A stretch of DNA of 64,000 nt from Macrostomum lignano (lineage: Eukaryota), in contig NIVC01000245.1 of NCBI GenBank assembly GCA_002269645.1, positions 434,001-498,000 on the forward strand. Direction: 5' to 3'. Positions 14,881 to 27,535 of the stretch are shown piece after piece. The translations under genes and the position numbers were made by a program. Below the pieces are notes generated by a model. The model saw only the letters and a program-made list of their open reading frames with translations. It was not told where the DNA came from and searched no databases. The first letter of the stretch is position 1. Every line of letters begins with the position of its first letter.

Positions 14881-16019
14881 GAACCGGAACTAAAGCTAGG
14901 AGAAGCGTACATAAATGAAGGAGTCCAGTATCACATAGCTTTGTTATTCCAGGCAAGACAAATTAATTTAGATGAACTTTGCCCAAATATACAGGCATAG
15001 CATTCAAATATAATATTTATATATAAATATATATAATATGTATGACAAGAGATAATTTTCAATCGCCTCGATTCTGGCAGTTGTGGCAAATTCGAGGTGA
15101 GAAAAACAAAACTGAAACTAATTAATAAATTAAATTATTACAAACACACACCTAAGTGGAGTAGGACATCCCAAACAGTATAAAACAAGCAATTAAGTAG
15201 AAATTTAAGCAAATTGAATTTTATAAGACAGAACAGCAGCGATTTGTAATTGCTTCATCACTTTAACAAAAGAACGCAACTAAAAAAAAAACAAAACTGC
15301 AGAAATCGAATGAAATAAAAACACACGAATGACTGAGAAGCCTGCGAGAGGATTAATAAGGGATTGAAAAGATTTTATTAGTCAATAAAAAAGCGGTGTG
15401 AATCAGACAATTTCTGCCATAAAAACACGGAAATTACCGTAAGTGTTCGCTGAAAAAAGCATTTGACATATTTAAGAGTTATTATGATACAAAAGGGGGC
15501 ATTGTGTTTACACAAGCTGCAGTTCACACAGTTCACAACTTACACATGCATGCAACATAATTATGTACCGGATCTCGAAGTCGCAAAGCATAAAAAACTT
15601 GTCACAATATTCATTGATGCTTGATTAATAAAATATTATTGCTTGTTAATTACTTTATTTTCTACGATTACAAAACTAAGTTCACGATAATAAAAAATGA
15701 TAGGCCGAGCAATTAAACAAATAACAATTAAATTCCTATATTAAAGTTCATCATCAGTAAAGGTGAAATTCGTTAACCAAAATCTAAATTCCAGGGTGCA
15801 GTATAAAAGTTTAGCAGAGGGCAATTATTAAAACCAAATAAATGCAATGAATTGCTGTGCCATAAAACTATTACTAACTATGAGGGCGGCGTGCGAAGAT
15901 ATAATTATGCCGATACGGCTAATTAGATAGCCATTAATTGGGCTATCTATACATTCTGCGACACCTATGCTTATGTTCCTGGTTTATGAAGTACTGCATG
16001 TTGATATTTAAGCTGTCTT

Positions 16020-16555
<536 letters not shown>

Positions 16556-17159
16556 AAGATAAAGTTAGCTAAAACACAGGATTAGCTGAGCAAATTGAAA
16601 GGCCAGCGTTAATTCAGAGAACAGACAATAGTACAGTTTCAAGCCATTCTTAGCGGGCACAGACGGACTAGATGCTGATCAGCCGTATCCTCATACTACT
16701 ATTATTACTAAAAAAGTTTATTTCGCCCCCATGATAAAAGAAAAAAATTGAATTACTATAAAAAGATTAGATTACAAGAAAAAAACGATTTCAATCGAAT
16801 TAAAAAAGTAGCGCTAATTTAAAAGCCACGTATTTAAAATTCGAAAAAGAATAAAGCCTAAAATTATTTTCTACAGAGTGAGGGCTGGAAACAGTTTGTG
16901 ATCAGCTCCTTCGGAAAGCTGTTAAATGAAGATAAAATGATGAGAAAAAAGCAACAGACAATTGTAAAACGAACGCAAAGCTGTTAAAGCCAAATTTTGT
17001 CATGAACTGGGGTCAGCAAGAATATTATTCTTCAGTTTAAGCGACTAATAAGCTAATTAATGAAATAATAAACATAATCAACAATTGCAGACAATAAATA
17101 TTACGGTACCTTTATACCTTTGTTGATTGCATCCTGACCAAGAGGCCTTCAGAGGAGTG

Positions 17160-18650
17160 CCAGTCAGGGAGATTTATAGAGAGATTGATGAAAGTCAGGG
17201 AGGGTAACAGTCTTGACTGAGTGACAGTCAGTGACGATGACATTCAGGAGTGACAGTCAGGGAGGGTGACATAGTGAGGGAGGGTGACAGAGTCAGGGAG
17301 GGTTACAGAAACAGGGAAAATGACAGAGTCAGGGAGGGTGACAGAGTCAGGGAGATTTATAGAGAGATTGATGAAAGTCAGGGAGGGTAACAGTCCTGAG
17401 TGACAGTCAGTGACGATGACATTCAGGAGTGACAGTCAGGGAGGGTGACAGAGTCAGGGAGGGTGACAGAGTCAGGGAGGGTGACAGAATCAGGGAAAAT
17501 GACAGAGTCAGGGAGGGTGACAGAGTCAGGGAGATTTATAGAGAGATTGATGAAAGTCAGGGAGGGTAACAGTCCTGACTGAGTGACAGTCAGTGACGAT
17601 GACATTCAGGAGTGACAGTCAGGGAGGGTGACAGAGTCAGGGAGGGTGACAGAGTCAGGGAGGGTGACAGAATCAGGGAGGGTGACAAAATCAGGAAAAA
17701 TGACAGAGTCAGGGAGGGTGACAGAGTCAAGGAGGGTGACAGAATCAGGGAGGGTGACAGAATCAGGGAGGGTGACAGAATCAGGGAAAATGACAGAGTC
17801 AGGGAGGGTGACAGAGTCAGGGAGGGGGACAGAATCAGGGAGGGTGACAGAATCAGGGAAAATGACAGAGTCAGGGAGGGTGACAGAGTCAAGGAGGGTG
17901 ACAGAGTCAAGGAGGGTGACAGAATCAGGGAAAATGACAGAGTCAGGGAGGGTGACAGAGTCAAGGAGGGTGACAGAATCAGGGAAAATGACAGAGTCAG
18001 GGAGGGTGACAGAGTCAGGGAGGGTGACAGAGTCAAGGAGGGTGACAGAATCAGGGAAAATGACAGAGACAGGGAGGGTGACAGAGTCAAGGAGGGTGAC
18101 AGAGTCAAGGAGGGTGACAGAATCAGGGAAAATGACAGAGTCAGGGAGGGTGACAGAGTCAGGGAGGGTGACAGAGTCAAGGAGGGTGACAGAATCAGGG
18201 AAAATGACAGAGACAGGGAGGGTGACAGAATCAGGGAAAATGACAGAGTCAGGGAGGGTGACAGAGTCAAGGAGGGTGACAGAGTCAGGAAGGGTGACAG
18301 AGTCAAGGAGGGTGACAGAATCAGGGAAAATGACAGAGACAGGGAGGGTGACAAAACAGGGAAAATAACAGAGTCAGGGAAGGTGACAGAGTCAGGGAGG
18401 GTGGCAGAGTCAGGGAGGGTGGCAGAGTCAGGGAGGGTGGCAGAGTCAGGGAGGGTGGCAGAGTCAGGGAGGGTGGCAGAGTCAGGGAGGGTGGCAGAGT
18501 CAGGGAGGGTGACAGAGTCAGGGAGGGTGGCAGAGTAGGGGAGGGTGACAGAGTAGGGGAGTGTGACTGATAGTCAGGGAGTGACAGTCAGTGAGGATGA
18601 CATTCAAGAGTGCCAGTCAGGGAGTGACAGCTAAGGACGGTGTGGCGGTC
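17160..18650. repeat. 18-bp minisatellite (GACAGAGTCAGGGAGGGT)n preceded by three ~185-bp higher-order units
   Basis: The block GGAGATTTATAGAGAGATTGATGAAAG recurs at ~17168, ~17350 and ~17530, followed by the 18-bp array. Confidence 0.9.
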
Positions 18651-18828
18651 AAAAAGTGACAGGCAGTGAGGGTGACAAACAAACAAACAAAGCACGATAA
18701 ACCCAAACATAACAGCAACTATACAAACCCTCTAAAAGTTAGCTGAGCAGGCGGGTAACTAATAATATATTTACACAGCGGGTTGGGCAATTCAGTCAAT
18801 AATTAGATAATTTATAAACATTTATAGC

Positions 18829-21800
18829 TTAGTCCAGCATGCCCAGCGGGGTCCCGGGTTTACTCCGACAAGACCCCATACTGCCTGCCGGGCTGTGGGT
18901 CACCGACATTGGCGGCATGACGCCGGAAGTGGAGCAGGGCGGCCCAACCGGCTGCTGAGGCGGCATCGGCCCCTGATGGTACATCTGCATTGGCATCGAC
19001 ATTGGCGGCGGCGGCGGCTGATGATGATGATGTTGATGATGAGGCATCGGCGGCGGCGGCATCATCATTGGCTGCTGATGCTGCATCGAATGAGGTGGAG
19101 GTGGCGGGCCGCCGTGAGGCTGGCCGTATTTAATCATGCCGCCAGCCGATGAATAGGGCGGATGCTGCGGGGGAGGGTAGTAGCCGCCGCCGCCGCCGCC
19201 GTACATCGGGCCGCCGCCGTTCATACCGACGCGGCCGGGATCGTACTGGGCGTTCTCCAGCCGGGTGATGCACCTCTCGTCGGCCTCGGCTGCTGCGGCT
19301 GCCGCAGCTGCTGCTGCCGCCGCTGCCGCTGCTGCCGCCGCCGCGGAGTTGCTGCCACCGCCGCCCGGGCCCATCGGTGGAGGCGGCCCGTAGCCGCAGC
19401 CGCCACCCCCACCGCCGCCGCCGCCACCGACGCCGCCCATAAGCGACGGTTCGAGCACCACCATGACGTCGTTAGGCCCGGGGCCCGACGCTGAGGCGGC
19501 TGCGGCGGTGGCGGCGGCGCCTTTCGCCGTCGACTTCTTGCCGCCGCCTCCACGACCGCCGCCTCCGCCAGTCGCAGCGGCGCCGCTATCGGCCGCTTTC
19601 CGCTTCTTCTTCGGCTTCGCCTTGGAGGCTGGCGCGGCGCCGCCGGTTGCCGAATTTGCCGTCGAACCTCCGTTGGCCGCCGTTGAAGTCGCTGTTGCCG
19701 AAGTTGGACAACCCGACGAAGAGGCGGCGGAGACGCCTGATGCCGGATCGACTCCGTTGCCAGCCGCGCAGCTTTTCTGCCACTTATGATACAAGGCGCT
19801 CTGCAGGCATTGCCTGGGCGGCTGGCCCAGCTGCTTCTGCAGCGTCATCAGCTCCTGCATTGGCTGCAGAATCACTGCTAGCCTACTGAAATTCACTAGC
19901 TCATTGGATAGACCCACTCTGGTCATTGGCGACTTCACAGCGGCGTCCGCGGCTGGGGCGGCGGTGAGTACGCATCGGGGCACCAGCTCCCGGTGCTGCT
20001 TGACCTCCATGCTCCACAGGTGAATCCGCATGTCGTCCAGGAAGAACTCGATGATCAGGCTGATCTCCGTGAGGATCTTAATTGGGTGGCAATTGGGGAG
20101 TTTTTTAATTGTTAAATGACTATTAGCGATATGATTAATGACCTCTAAATGACCTTTAAAATCAGTGAAGCTTAATTCCCCATAATGACTTCCGGATCCT
20201 TAGTGACCCGTAATGGCCTTGCAATCCCACTGATTTCTTAATGACCCGGGATGACCTTGCAATCCCACTGATTTCTTAATGACCCGGGATGACCTTGCAA
20301 TCCCACTGATTTCTTAATGACCCGGGATGACCTTGCAATCCCACTGATTTCTTAATGACCCGGGATGACCTTGTGATTCCCACTGATTTCTTAATGACCC
20401 GGGATGACCTTGCAATCCCACTGATTTCTTAATGACCCGGGATGACCTTGCAATCTTTATTTTATTAGAGGCAGGGGGGTTGTGTGCACCCTGGCGCACT
20501 TTAAGCGACATTGGCACACAACCGACGAGAGGCATTACTGCCCATTCCGCCGACTCCCCTGAGCAGGCATACAAGCGCGCGGATACGTACGCAGGCACAC
20601 ACTCACACAGGAGTGTACAGCGGCCCTAACTTTATATTAACATTAGGCATGTACACTTCACTGCGCCTTGGGGGGTTGGCTCTCAAGGCCGTTAATTGCA
20701 CGAGCAGAGCCAAGCCGAGATTCCAATTCAGCCCCAATTAATGTGACTGCACTTGGAATCGAGCCTGGGTCGCTGGCACACCAGAGCCTGCGCTAGACCG
20801 CTGGGCTACGGCCCCCCTGACCTTGCAATCTTACTGATTTCTTAATGACCCGGGATGGCCTTGCAATCCCACTGATTTCTTAATGACCGGAAATGGCCTT
20901 GCAATCCAACTGATTTCTTAATGACCCGGGATGACCTTGCAATCCCACTGATTTCTTAATGACCCGGGATGACCTTGCAATCCCACTGATTTCTTAATGA
21001 CCCGGGATGACCTTGCAGTCCCACTGATTTCTTAATGACCCGGGATGACCTTGCAATCCCACTGATTTCTTAATGACCCGGGATGACCTTGCAGTCCCAC
21101 TGATTTCTTAATGACCCGGGATGACCTTGCAGTCCCACTGATTTCTTAATGACCCGGGATGACCTTGCAATCCCACTGATTTCTTAATGACCCGGGATGA
21201 CCTTGCAATCCCACTGATCCTTAGTGAACCGGAATGACCCTAAAAAGCATCTAGATAGGTCTCATTTTGTTGTTTTGAAGTTCTACCAATAACTAAGCAT
21301 GACCCGCAGAAACAGCCTCAAGCATAGTCACCTTGCACATGACGGGCTGGCAGCGGCAATAGGTGGTCACAAGCTCGGCAGACGGACTCGTCACAATCAG
21401 CAGGTGAGAAGGAGGCGGCGGCGGGCCAGGAGGATGCGGCCTGGGCGGCGCGGACACCAGGACCTCCTGGGAGGAGCGCAGGCGCACGAAAGCTTCATCG
21501 CAGTTGCGCAACAGACTGTGAAAGAAGCGAGGAATGAGCGACCGGCCATAACTGTAGAGTCGGGGCGCCTGGTCCTCGGGCAGGGCGAAGGAGACCTGTC
21601 GGTGGAAGCAGGCACAGAATTAATGATAATAAATTTCATAGGATGACTGCGGCCAATTCTGCTCATTTCGCTGAGCCTTGAGCACATACATGTGCACTCA
21701 TTCACACGCCATGTACACTTTCTGTAGCCTTGGGGATTGGCCCAAATTTATTAAAAAACTGACACAAGCTATAATGCAAACTGCCCTAGAGGTTTCAGAT

Positions 21801-21966
21801 TGGCTTCTTAAATAAGCTTGAATTCTCTGTTCGTGCATAAGATGTTAACTAAATTGTTACGCCAATTTTTTAGATTAAAAATAAACATGGACAGACAGAC
21901 AGGCGGGCAGGCAGACAGACACTAAGACAGACAGACACTAAGACAGACGGACAGACAGACACTAAG

Positions 21967-22013
<47 letters not shown>

Positions 22014-22048
22014 GGCGGGCGGGCAGACAGACAGACAGGCGGGCAGGC

Positions 22049-22085
<37 letters not shown>

Positions 22086-22096
22086 GGCGGGCAGGC

Positions 22097-22129
<33 letters not shown>

Positions 22130-22256
22130 GGCGGGCAGACAGACAGACACTAAGACAGACAGACGAACAGACAGACAGGCGGGCAGACAGACGGGCGGGC
22201 AGACAGACGGGCGGGCAGACAGACAGACAGACAGACAGACAGACAGGCGGGCGGGC

Positions 22257-22301
<45 letters not shown>

Positions 22302-22822
22302 GGCGGGGAGACAGACAGCCACTAAGACACATGGTTAAGCAAAGACAAAATCATCATTACCTGAACAGTGGCTGCATCGTCAAAGAACTCGCAAGCGAAG
22401 GCATCCCACCACATCATCGAGGTGTCCCTGGGCCGCTGCGACAGTCGCCTGTTGATCTCGTGAATTCTCAGATCGCCACTCTGCGGCAGAGGCGGAGGCG
22501 GCGGCGGCTGGCGCATCATAGGATGATGGGGATGGTGAGGATGCTGCTGATGATACAGCGGTCCCATGGGATGCTGGTGAGGGTGATGAGGATGGGGAGG
22601 TGGCGGCGCCGGCCCCAATTGATGATGATGATGATGATGAGGCGGCGGCGGCAGCTGGTGATGCGGATTAGGAGCTATAGAGACGTTTGGCGGCGGGCCG
22701 CCGCGGTAGTAACAGGCCGAGGAAGAGTTCGGTGGTGGCAGCGGCGGCGGAGGCGGCGGCGGAGGCGGTGCCTGCTGTTGTTGAGCTGCTTGGACCGCCA
22801 ACTGGGGCTCGGGTGTCGCCAC
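18829..22822 (-). CDS. LDB1: LIM domain-binding protein (LDB1/2, Chip ortholog); exons 22361..22822, 21332..21595, 18829..20076
   Basis: Dimerisation domain (DLRIHEINRRL, WWDAFACEFFDD, GRSLIPRFF, HRELVPR, ILQPMQELM), basic NLS KPKKKRK, and LID halves DVMVVLEPSLMGG and DERCITRLENAQYD. All introns are phase 0. The symbol denotes the family, not the specific vertebrate paralog. Confidence 0.92.
20190..21235. repeat. 38-bp minisatellite (GATGACCTTGCAATCCCACTGATTTCTTAATGACCCGG)n in LDB intron 2, split by a SINE
   Basis: Period of 38 measured between ATGACCCGGG at 20241 and 20279. Confidence 0.93.
20458..20817 (-). mobile_element. full-length tRNA-derived SINE family A (~360 bp) with 15-bp TSD TGACCTTGCAATCTT
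   Basis: The minus-strand head GGGGGGCCGTAGCCCAGCGG (A box) ... GGCTCGATTCC (B box), an A-rich tail, and TSDs at 20443..20457 and 20818..20832. Confidence 0.9.
21885..22330. repeat. (GACA)n/(GGCA)-interrupted microsatellite in LDB intron 1
   Basis: Directly visible. Confidence 0.95.
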
Positions 22823-22934
22823 AGACTGCCGACTGCCGGGTCTGGACGACTGGCGAGACAGGAATAGCGGGCGAGTGTTGCTTCAATGGGACTGAAGTGG
22901 ACCGTTTAGCTACTGGGTCTTCGGCTTCTTTATG

Positions 22935-24230
22935 ATGACTGCGACTGTGTCTGCCCTGTCTGCAACTGTGTCTGCCCTGTCTGCGACTGTGTCTGCCCTG
23001 TCTGCAACTGTGTCTGCCCTGTCTGCGACTGTGTCTGCCCTGTCTGCGACTGTGTCTGCCCTGTCTGCAACTGTGTCTGCCCTGTCTGCGACTGTGTCTG
23101 CCCTGTCTGCGACTGTGTCTGCCCTGTCTGTGTCTGCGTCTGCCCTGTCTGCGACTGTGTCTGCCCTGTCTGCGACTGTGTCTGCCCTGTCTGCGACTGT
23201 GTCTGCCCTGTCTGCAACTGTGTCTGCCCTGTCTGCGACTGTGTCTGCCCTGTCTGCGACTGTGTCTGCCCTGTCTGCGACTGTGTCTGCCCTGTCTGCG
23301 ACTGTGTCTGCCCTGTCTGCGACTGTGTCTGCCCTGTCTGCGACTGTGTCTGCCCTGTCTGCGACTGTGTCTGCCCTGTCTGCGACTGTGTCTGCCCTGT
23401 CTGCGACTGTGTCTGCCCTGTCTGCGACTGTGTCTGCCCTGTCTGCAACTGTGTCTGCCTGGTCTGCGACTGTGTCTGCCCTGTCTGCGACTGTGTCTGC
23501 CCTGTCTGCGACTGTGTCTGCCCTGTCTGCAACTGTGTCTGCCCTGTCTGCGACTGTGTCTGCCCTGTCTGCGACTGTGTCTGCCCTGTCTGCGACTGTG
23601 TCTGCCCTGTCTGCGACTGTGTCTGCCCTGTCTGCAACTGTGTCTGCCCTGTCTGCGACTGTGTCTGCCCTGTCTGCGACTGTGTCTGCCCTGTCTGCGA
23701 CTGTGTCTGTCCTGTCTGCAACTGTGTCTGCCCTGTCTGCGACTGTGTCTGTCCTGTCTGCAACTGTGTCTGCGTCTGCCCTGTCTGCGACTGTGTCTGC
23801 CCTGTCTGCGACTGTGTCTGCCCTGTCTGCAACTGTGTCTGCCCTGTCTGCAACTGTGTCTGCCCTGTCTGCGACTGTGTCTGCCCTGTCTGCGACTGTG
23901 TCTGCCCTGTCTGCGACTGTGTCTGCCCTGTCTGCGACTGTGTCTGTCCTGTCTGCAACTGTGTCTGCCCTGTCTGCAACTGTGTCTGCCTGGTCTGCGA
24001 CTGTGTCTGCCCTGTCTGCGACTGTGTCTGCCCTGTCTGCGACTGTGTCTGCCCTGTCTGCAACTGTGTCTGCCCTGTCTGCAACTGTGTCTGCCCTGTC
24101 TGCGACTGTGTCTGCCCTGTCTGCGACTGTGTCTGCCCTGTCTGCAACTGTGTCTGCCCTGTCTGCAACTGTGTCTGCCCTGTCTGCGACTGTGTCTGCC
24201 CTGCCTGCTTCAGTGGCTGCCCTGTCTGTC
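22935..24230. repeat. 21-bp minisatellite (ACTGTGTCTGCCCTGTCTGCG)n, ~60 copies
   Basis: Directly visible; explains the ATVSALS and QTGQTQS ORFs. Confidence 0.97.
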
Positions 24231-24490
24231 TCAGTCTTGACCTTACTACTTGACTAAGTAATAAAAATACAGAATGGAAAAAAATTAAGTCATTTAATAA
24301 AGTCTTGTATACATGAATGGAAGCCGCTTATAAGGCAAAATTTTGTTTATTGAAAATTCAATTTTCAAAGAGTATAAAAAGTTTCAAATATTAGGAAATC
24401 CATTTTTTGTACAGGCTAGAGCGTTGTACATTAAAAATTATTTATTTAAACGCTAAAAGCAAAAAAATTGAATTAAAGGAACCGGTAGCC

Positions 24491-26339
24491 TCAGAGTCTC
24501 GCTAGGTGCCTCAGTGGACCTTTGTATTCAACACCTGAAATGGAAACAACAGATGAAATACCTGCAATAGTTGCATTGTTTATATCTCAGATCCTGGGTC
24601 TCAGGGAAATCCCAGACCCTGGGAGCTCAGGGAAATCTCAGATCCTGGGAGTCTCAGGGAAATCGCAGACACTGGGAGCTCAGGGAAATCTCAGACACTG
24701 GGAGTCTCAGGGAAATCCCAGACCCTGGGAGCTCAGGGAAATCGCAGACACTGGGAGTCTCAGGGAAATCTCAGACGCTGGGAGTCTCAGGGAAATCTCA
24801 GACACTGGGAGCTCAGGGAAATCTCAGACTGGGAGTTTCAGACACTGGGACTCTCATACACTGGGACTCTTAGACACTGGGACTCTCAGACACTGGGACT
24901 CTCAGGCACTGGGACTCTCAGACACTGGGACTCTTAGACACTGGGACTCTCAGACACTGGGACTCTGAAGGGATTTTAAAAGTGAAAATTTTAGGGAAAT
25001 CATCCCAGAAAGTGGCCTTTCAGAAGTTTTTAAGAAAAAGGGACTCTCCTAATGAGATAAACTAAAAAAGGTTTCTGAAAGGAAGAATGTGAGACGAGTT
25101 TAGGAAAAATATTTTGAGTCGAAATTTGTAGGAGAGAAATTGCTGCTAGAATTGCACACAAACTCACCCAGAAGGTCCCCGATGATGTGAAACCGGTCAG
25201 ACCCGAACACCATCTCCTGTCGTCCGTCCTCTGTGTGCACAATGAAGGTTGGCGATCCGAAAGCTCCCAGCTTCACTGCCTCATCTGTCACGGTTTTCAG
25301 CCGGCTCTTCACTTCGTCGCTCAACATGTCGGTCAGGGCGGCGGCGGTAACGTCGGCTGACAAACCCGCTGCCTCTGCTGCCGCCCTCAGACTGTCGGGC
25401 TGAGCGACGTCCTGGTGGCTGCTGAACAGACGGTAGAACAGCTGACGGCTAACCTAGGGACAGTTTGATAGGTATTAGCAGAATAATTTGACCGTTTCTA
25501 ACACGTCCTAGTAAGGGTCTTTACAATGGAGCATTATCACGTAACAGTTCATCAGCCGGCTGACTAAGCTCTCAGCCAAAAGTTGTTGATTATGGTCTTA
25601 GCCAATAGCGGCTGACTAAGCTCTCTCAGCCAATAGCGGCTGACTAAGCTCTCTCAGCCAATAGCGGCTGACTAAGCTCTCTCAGCCAATAGCGGCTGAC
25701 TAAGCTGTCTCAGGCAATAGCGGGTGACTAAGCTCTCTCAGCCAATAGCAGCTGACTAAGATCTCTCAGCCAATAGCGGCTGACTAAGCTCTCAGCCAAT
25801 AGCGGCTGACTAAGCTCTCTCAGCCAATAGCAGCTGACTAAGCTCTCTCAGCCAATAGCAGCTGACTAAGCTCTCAGCCAAGAGACTAACTAAAAGTTTT
25901 ATTATTTAGTCTATAGTCTATGGTTTAATCTCACACCGCTGCTTACTTAGAGAGTTACTAAATACTATAGGATAGAGGATTTCAATCAAGTACTAACCTC
26001 CTCAACAGCATCAGGTTGTCGCTTTTGCATAGCGGTTAGAAACTGCATAGTTGACATAGTACCAATTTTGAACATTCTCTCCACAACTTTATCGTTCATG
26101 ACCAGCGGTACTCTGTAGTGCTTAGATAATCTGGGCAGGTCGCGCCCAAGCATATAGTCAGCTTTCAGCTGCACACTGCCCGGCGATCTGTTGCCAGTGC
26201 TTTGCATTACACCACGAAGTAAAAATGGTCGAAAGTTAATAACTAAATTCCATACTGAACGATGCCGGCAGAGAACCTCGAAGCCCAGATAGGAGTAAGG
26301 CGACAGGATGTCATAGTAAAAGTCTATGCGGCGAGACAT
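24491..26339 (-). CDS. GSTK1: glutathione S-transferase kappa, copy 1; exons 25998..26339, 25168..25453, 24491..24534; ends in PTS1-type ARL
   Basis: FYYDILSPYSYLGFE (catalytic Ser motif), GAFGSPTF, MVFGSDRFH; the last exon reads GVEYKGPLRHLARL*. Confidence 0.93.
24585..24965. repeat. degenerate CAGACACTGGGA(G/C)TCTCAGGGAAAT minisatellite in GSTK copy 1 intron 2
   Basis: Directly visible. Confidence 0.85.
25595..25880. repeat. 28-bp minisatellite (AGCCAATAGCGGCTGACTAAGCTCTCTC)n in GSTK copy 1 intron 1
   Basis: Directly visible. Confidence 0.9.
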
Positions 26340-26399
26340 TGCGCTTATGGCTGAATTAGGTGGATGTGATTGGTGGCGATGCGCAGTCAGCATTAGTGA

Positions 26400-27112
26400 T
26401 GATTTGCAACCCTCTATCCTGATTTTTTAGTGAGCGTGCAACCCTCTCTGCTGATTCTTAAGTGGGCGTGCAACCCTCTCTGCTGATTCTAAGTGGGCGT
26501 GCAACCCTCTAACCCGATTCTTTAGTGGGCGTGCAACCCTCTTTTCCGATTCTTTAGTGGGCGTGCAACCCTCTTTCCCGATTCTTTAGTGGGCGTGCAA
26601 CCCTCTATCCCGATTCTTTAGTGGGCGTGCAACCCTCTTTTTCGATTCTTTAGTGGGCGTGCAACCCGCTTTCCTGATTTTTAGTGGGCGTGCAACCCTC
26701 TTTCCCGATTCTTTAGTGGGCATGCAACCCGCTTTCCTGATTCTTTAGTGGGCGTGCAACCCTCTTTCCCGATTCTTTAGTGGGCGTGCAACCCTCTAAC
26801 CCGATTCTTTAGTGGGCGTGCAACCCTCTATCCCGATTCTTTAGTCGGCGTGCAACCCTCTATCCCGATTCTTTAGTCGGCGTGCAACCCTCTTTTTCGA
26901 TTCTTTAGTGGGCGTGCAACCCTCTTTTTCGATTCTTTAGTGGGCGTGCAACCCTCTATCCCGATTCTTTAGTCGGCGTGCAACCCTCTATCCCGATTCT
27001 TTAGTGGGCATGCAACCCTCTTTCCTGATTCTTTAGTGGGCGTGCAACCCTCTTTCCCGATTCTTTAGTGGGCGTGCAACCCTCTATCCTGATTCTTTAG
27101 TGGGCGTGCAAC
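26400..27112. repeat. 32-bp minisatellite (GTGGGCGTGCAACCCTCTTTCCCGATTCTTTA)n, ~22 copies, directly upstream of GSTK copy 1
   Basis: Directly visible; begins ~60 bp from the ATG. Confidence 0.93.
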
Positions 27113-27535
27113 CATGTTCTTATTCTTAACCTGACTCCTAAATTAATTAATACACGCTGAATCCTACCAACAGTCTTAGTAGTATGCTAAACAAATTATC
27201 AAAAGTAAAAAGAATCATTAATGAATCGTGAATCAATCACGAAGACAAAAAAGATATATGCCATGCTCAGTATACTTTAGGTTTATTAAAATAATTTATA
27301 AAAACTACATAAACTCTAGCTAAAGGAAGTCAACATGTATAGTAAGAGTTAAAAGTACATAATTCTGTCGGCTGGCCGGTTTCCAGTAACAAATTTGGTG
27401 ATAAATCATTTAATAAAACTGCAACGCAATCAAGCAATGTTTAATTGGTGGTTTTAAATCAGAGGCAAATTGAACAATAAGTTCATTTGAAAACAGCAAT
27501 AATTTGTATATTGTATATAAAATATAAAGTTAGGT

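Noticed and set aside
17590-24257. Long repetitive ORFs (TESGRV, ATVSALS, QTGQTQS) as antifreeze, mucin or adhesive proteins
   Set aside because: They are open in several frames on both strands because the units are multiples of 3 and lack stops; there is no signal peptide or splice context.
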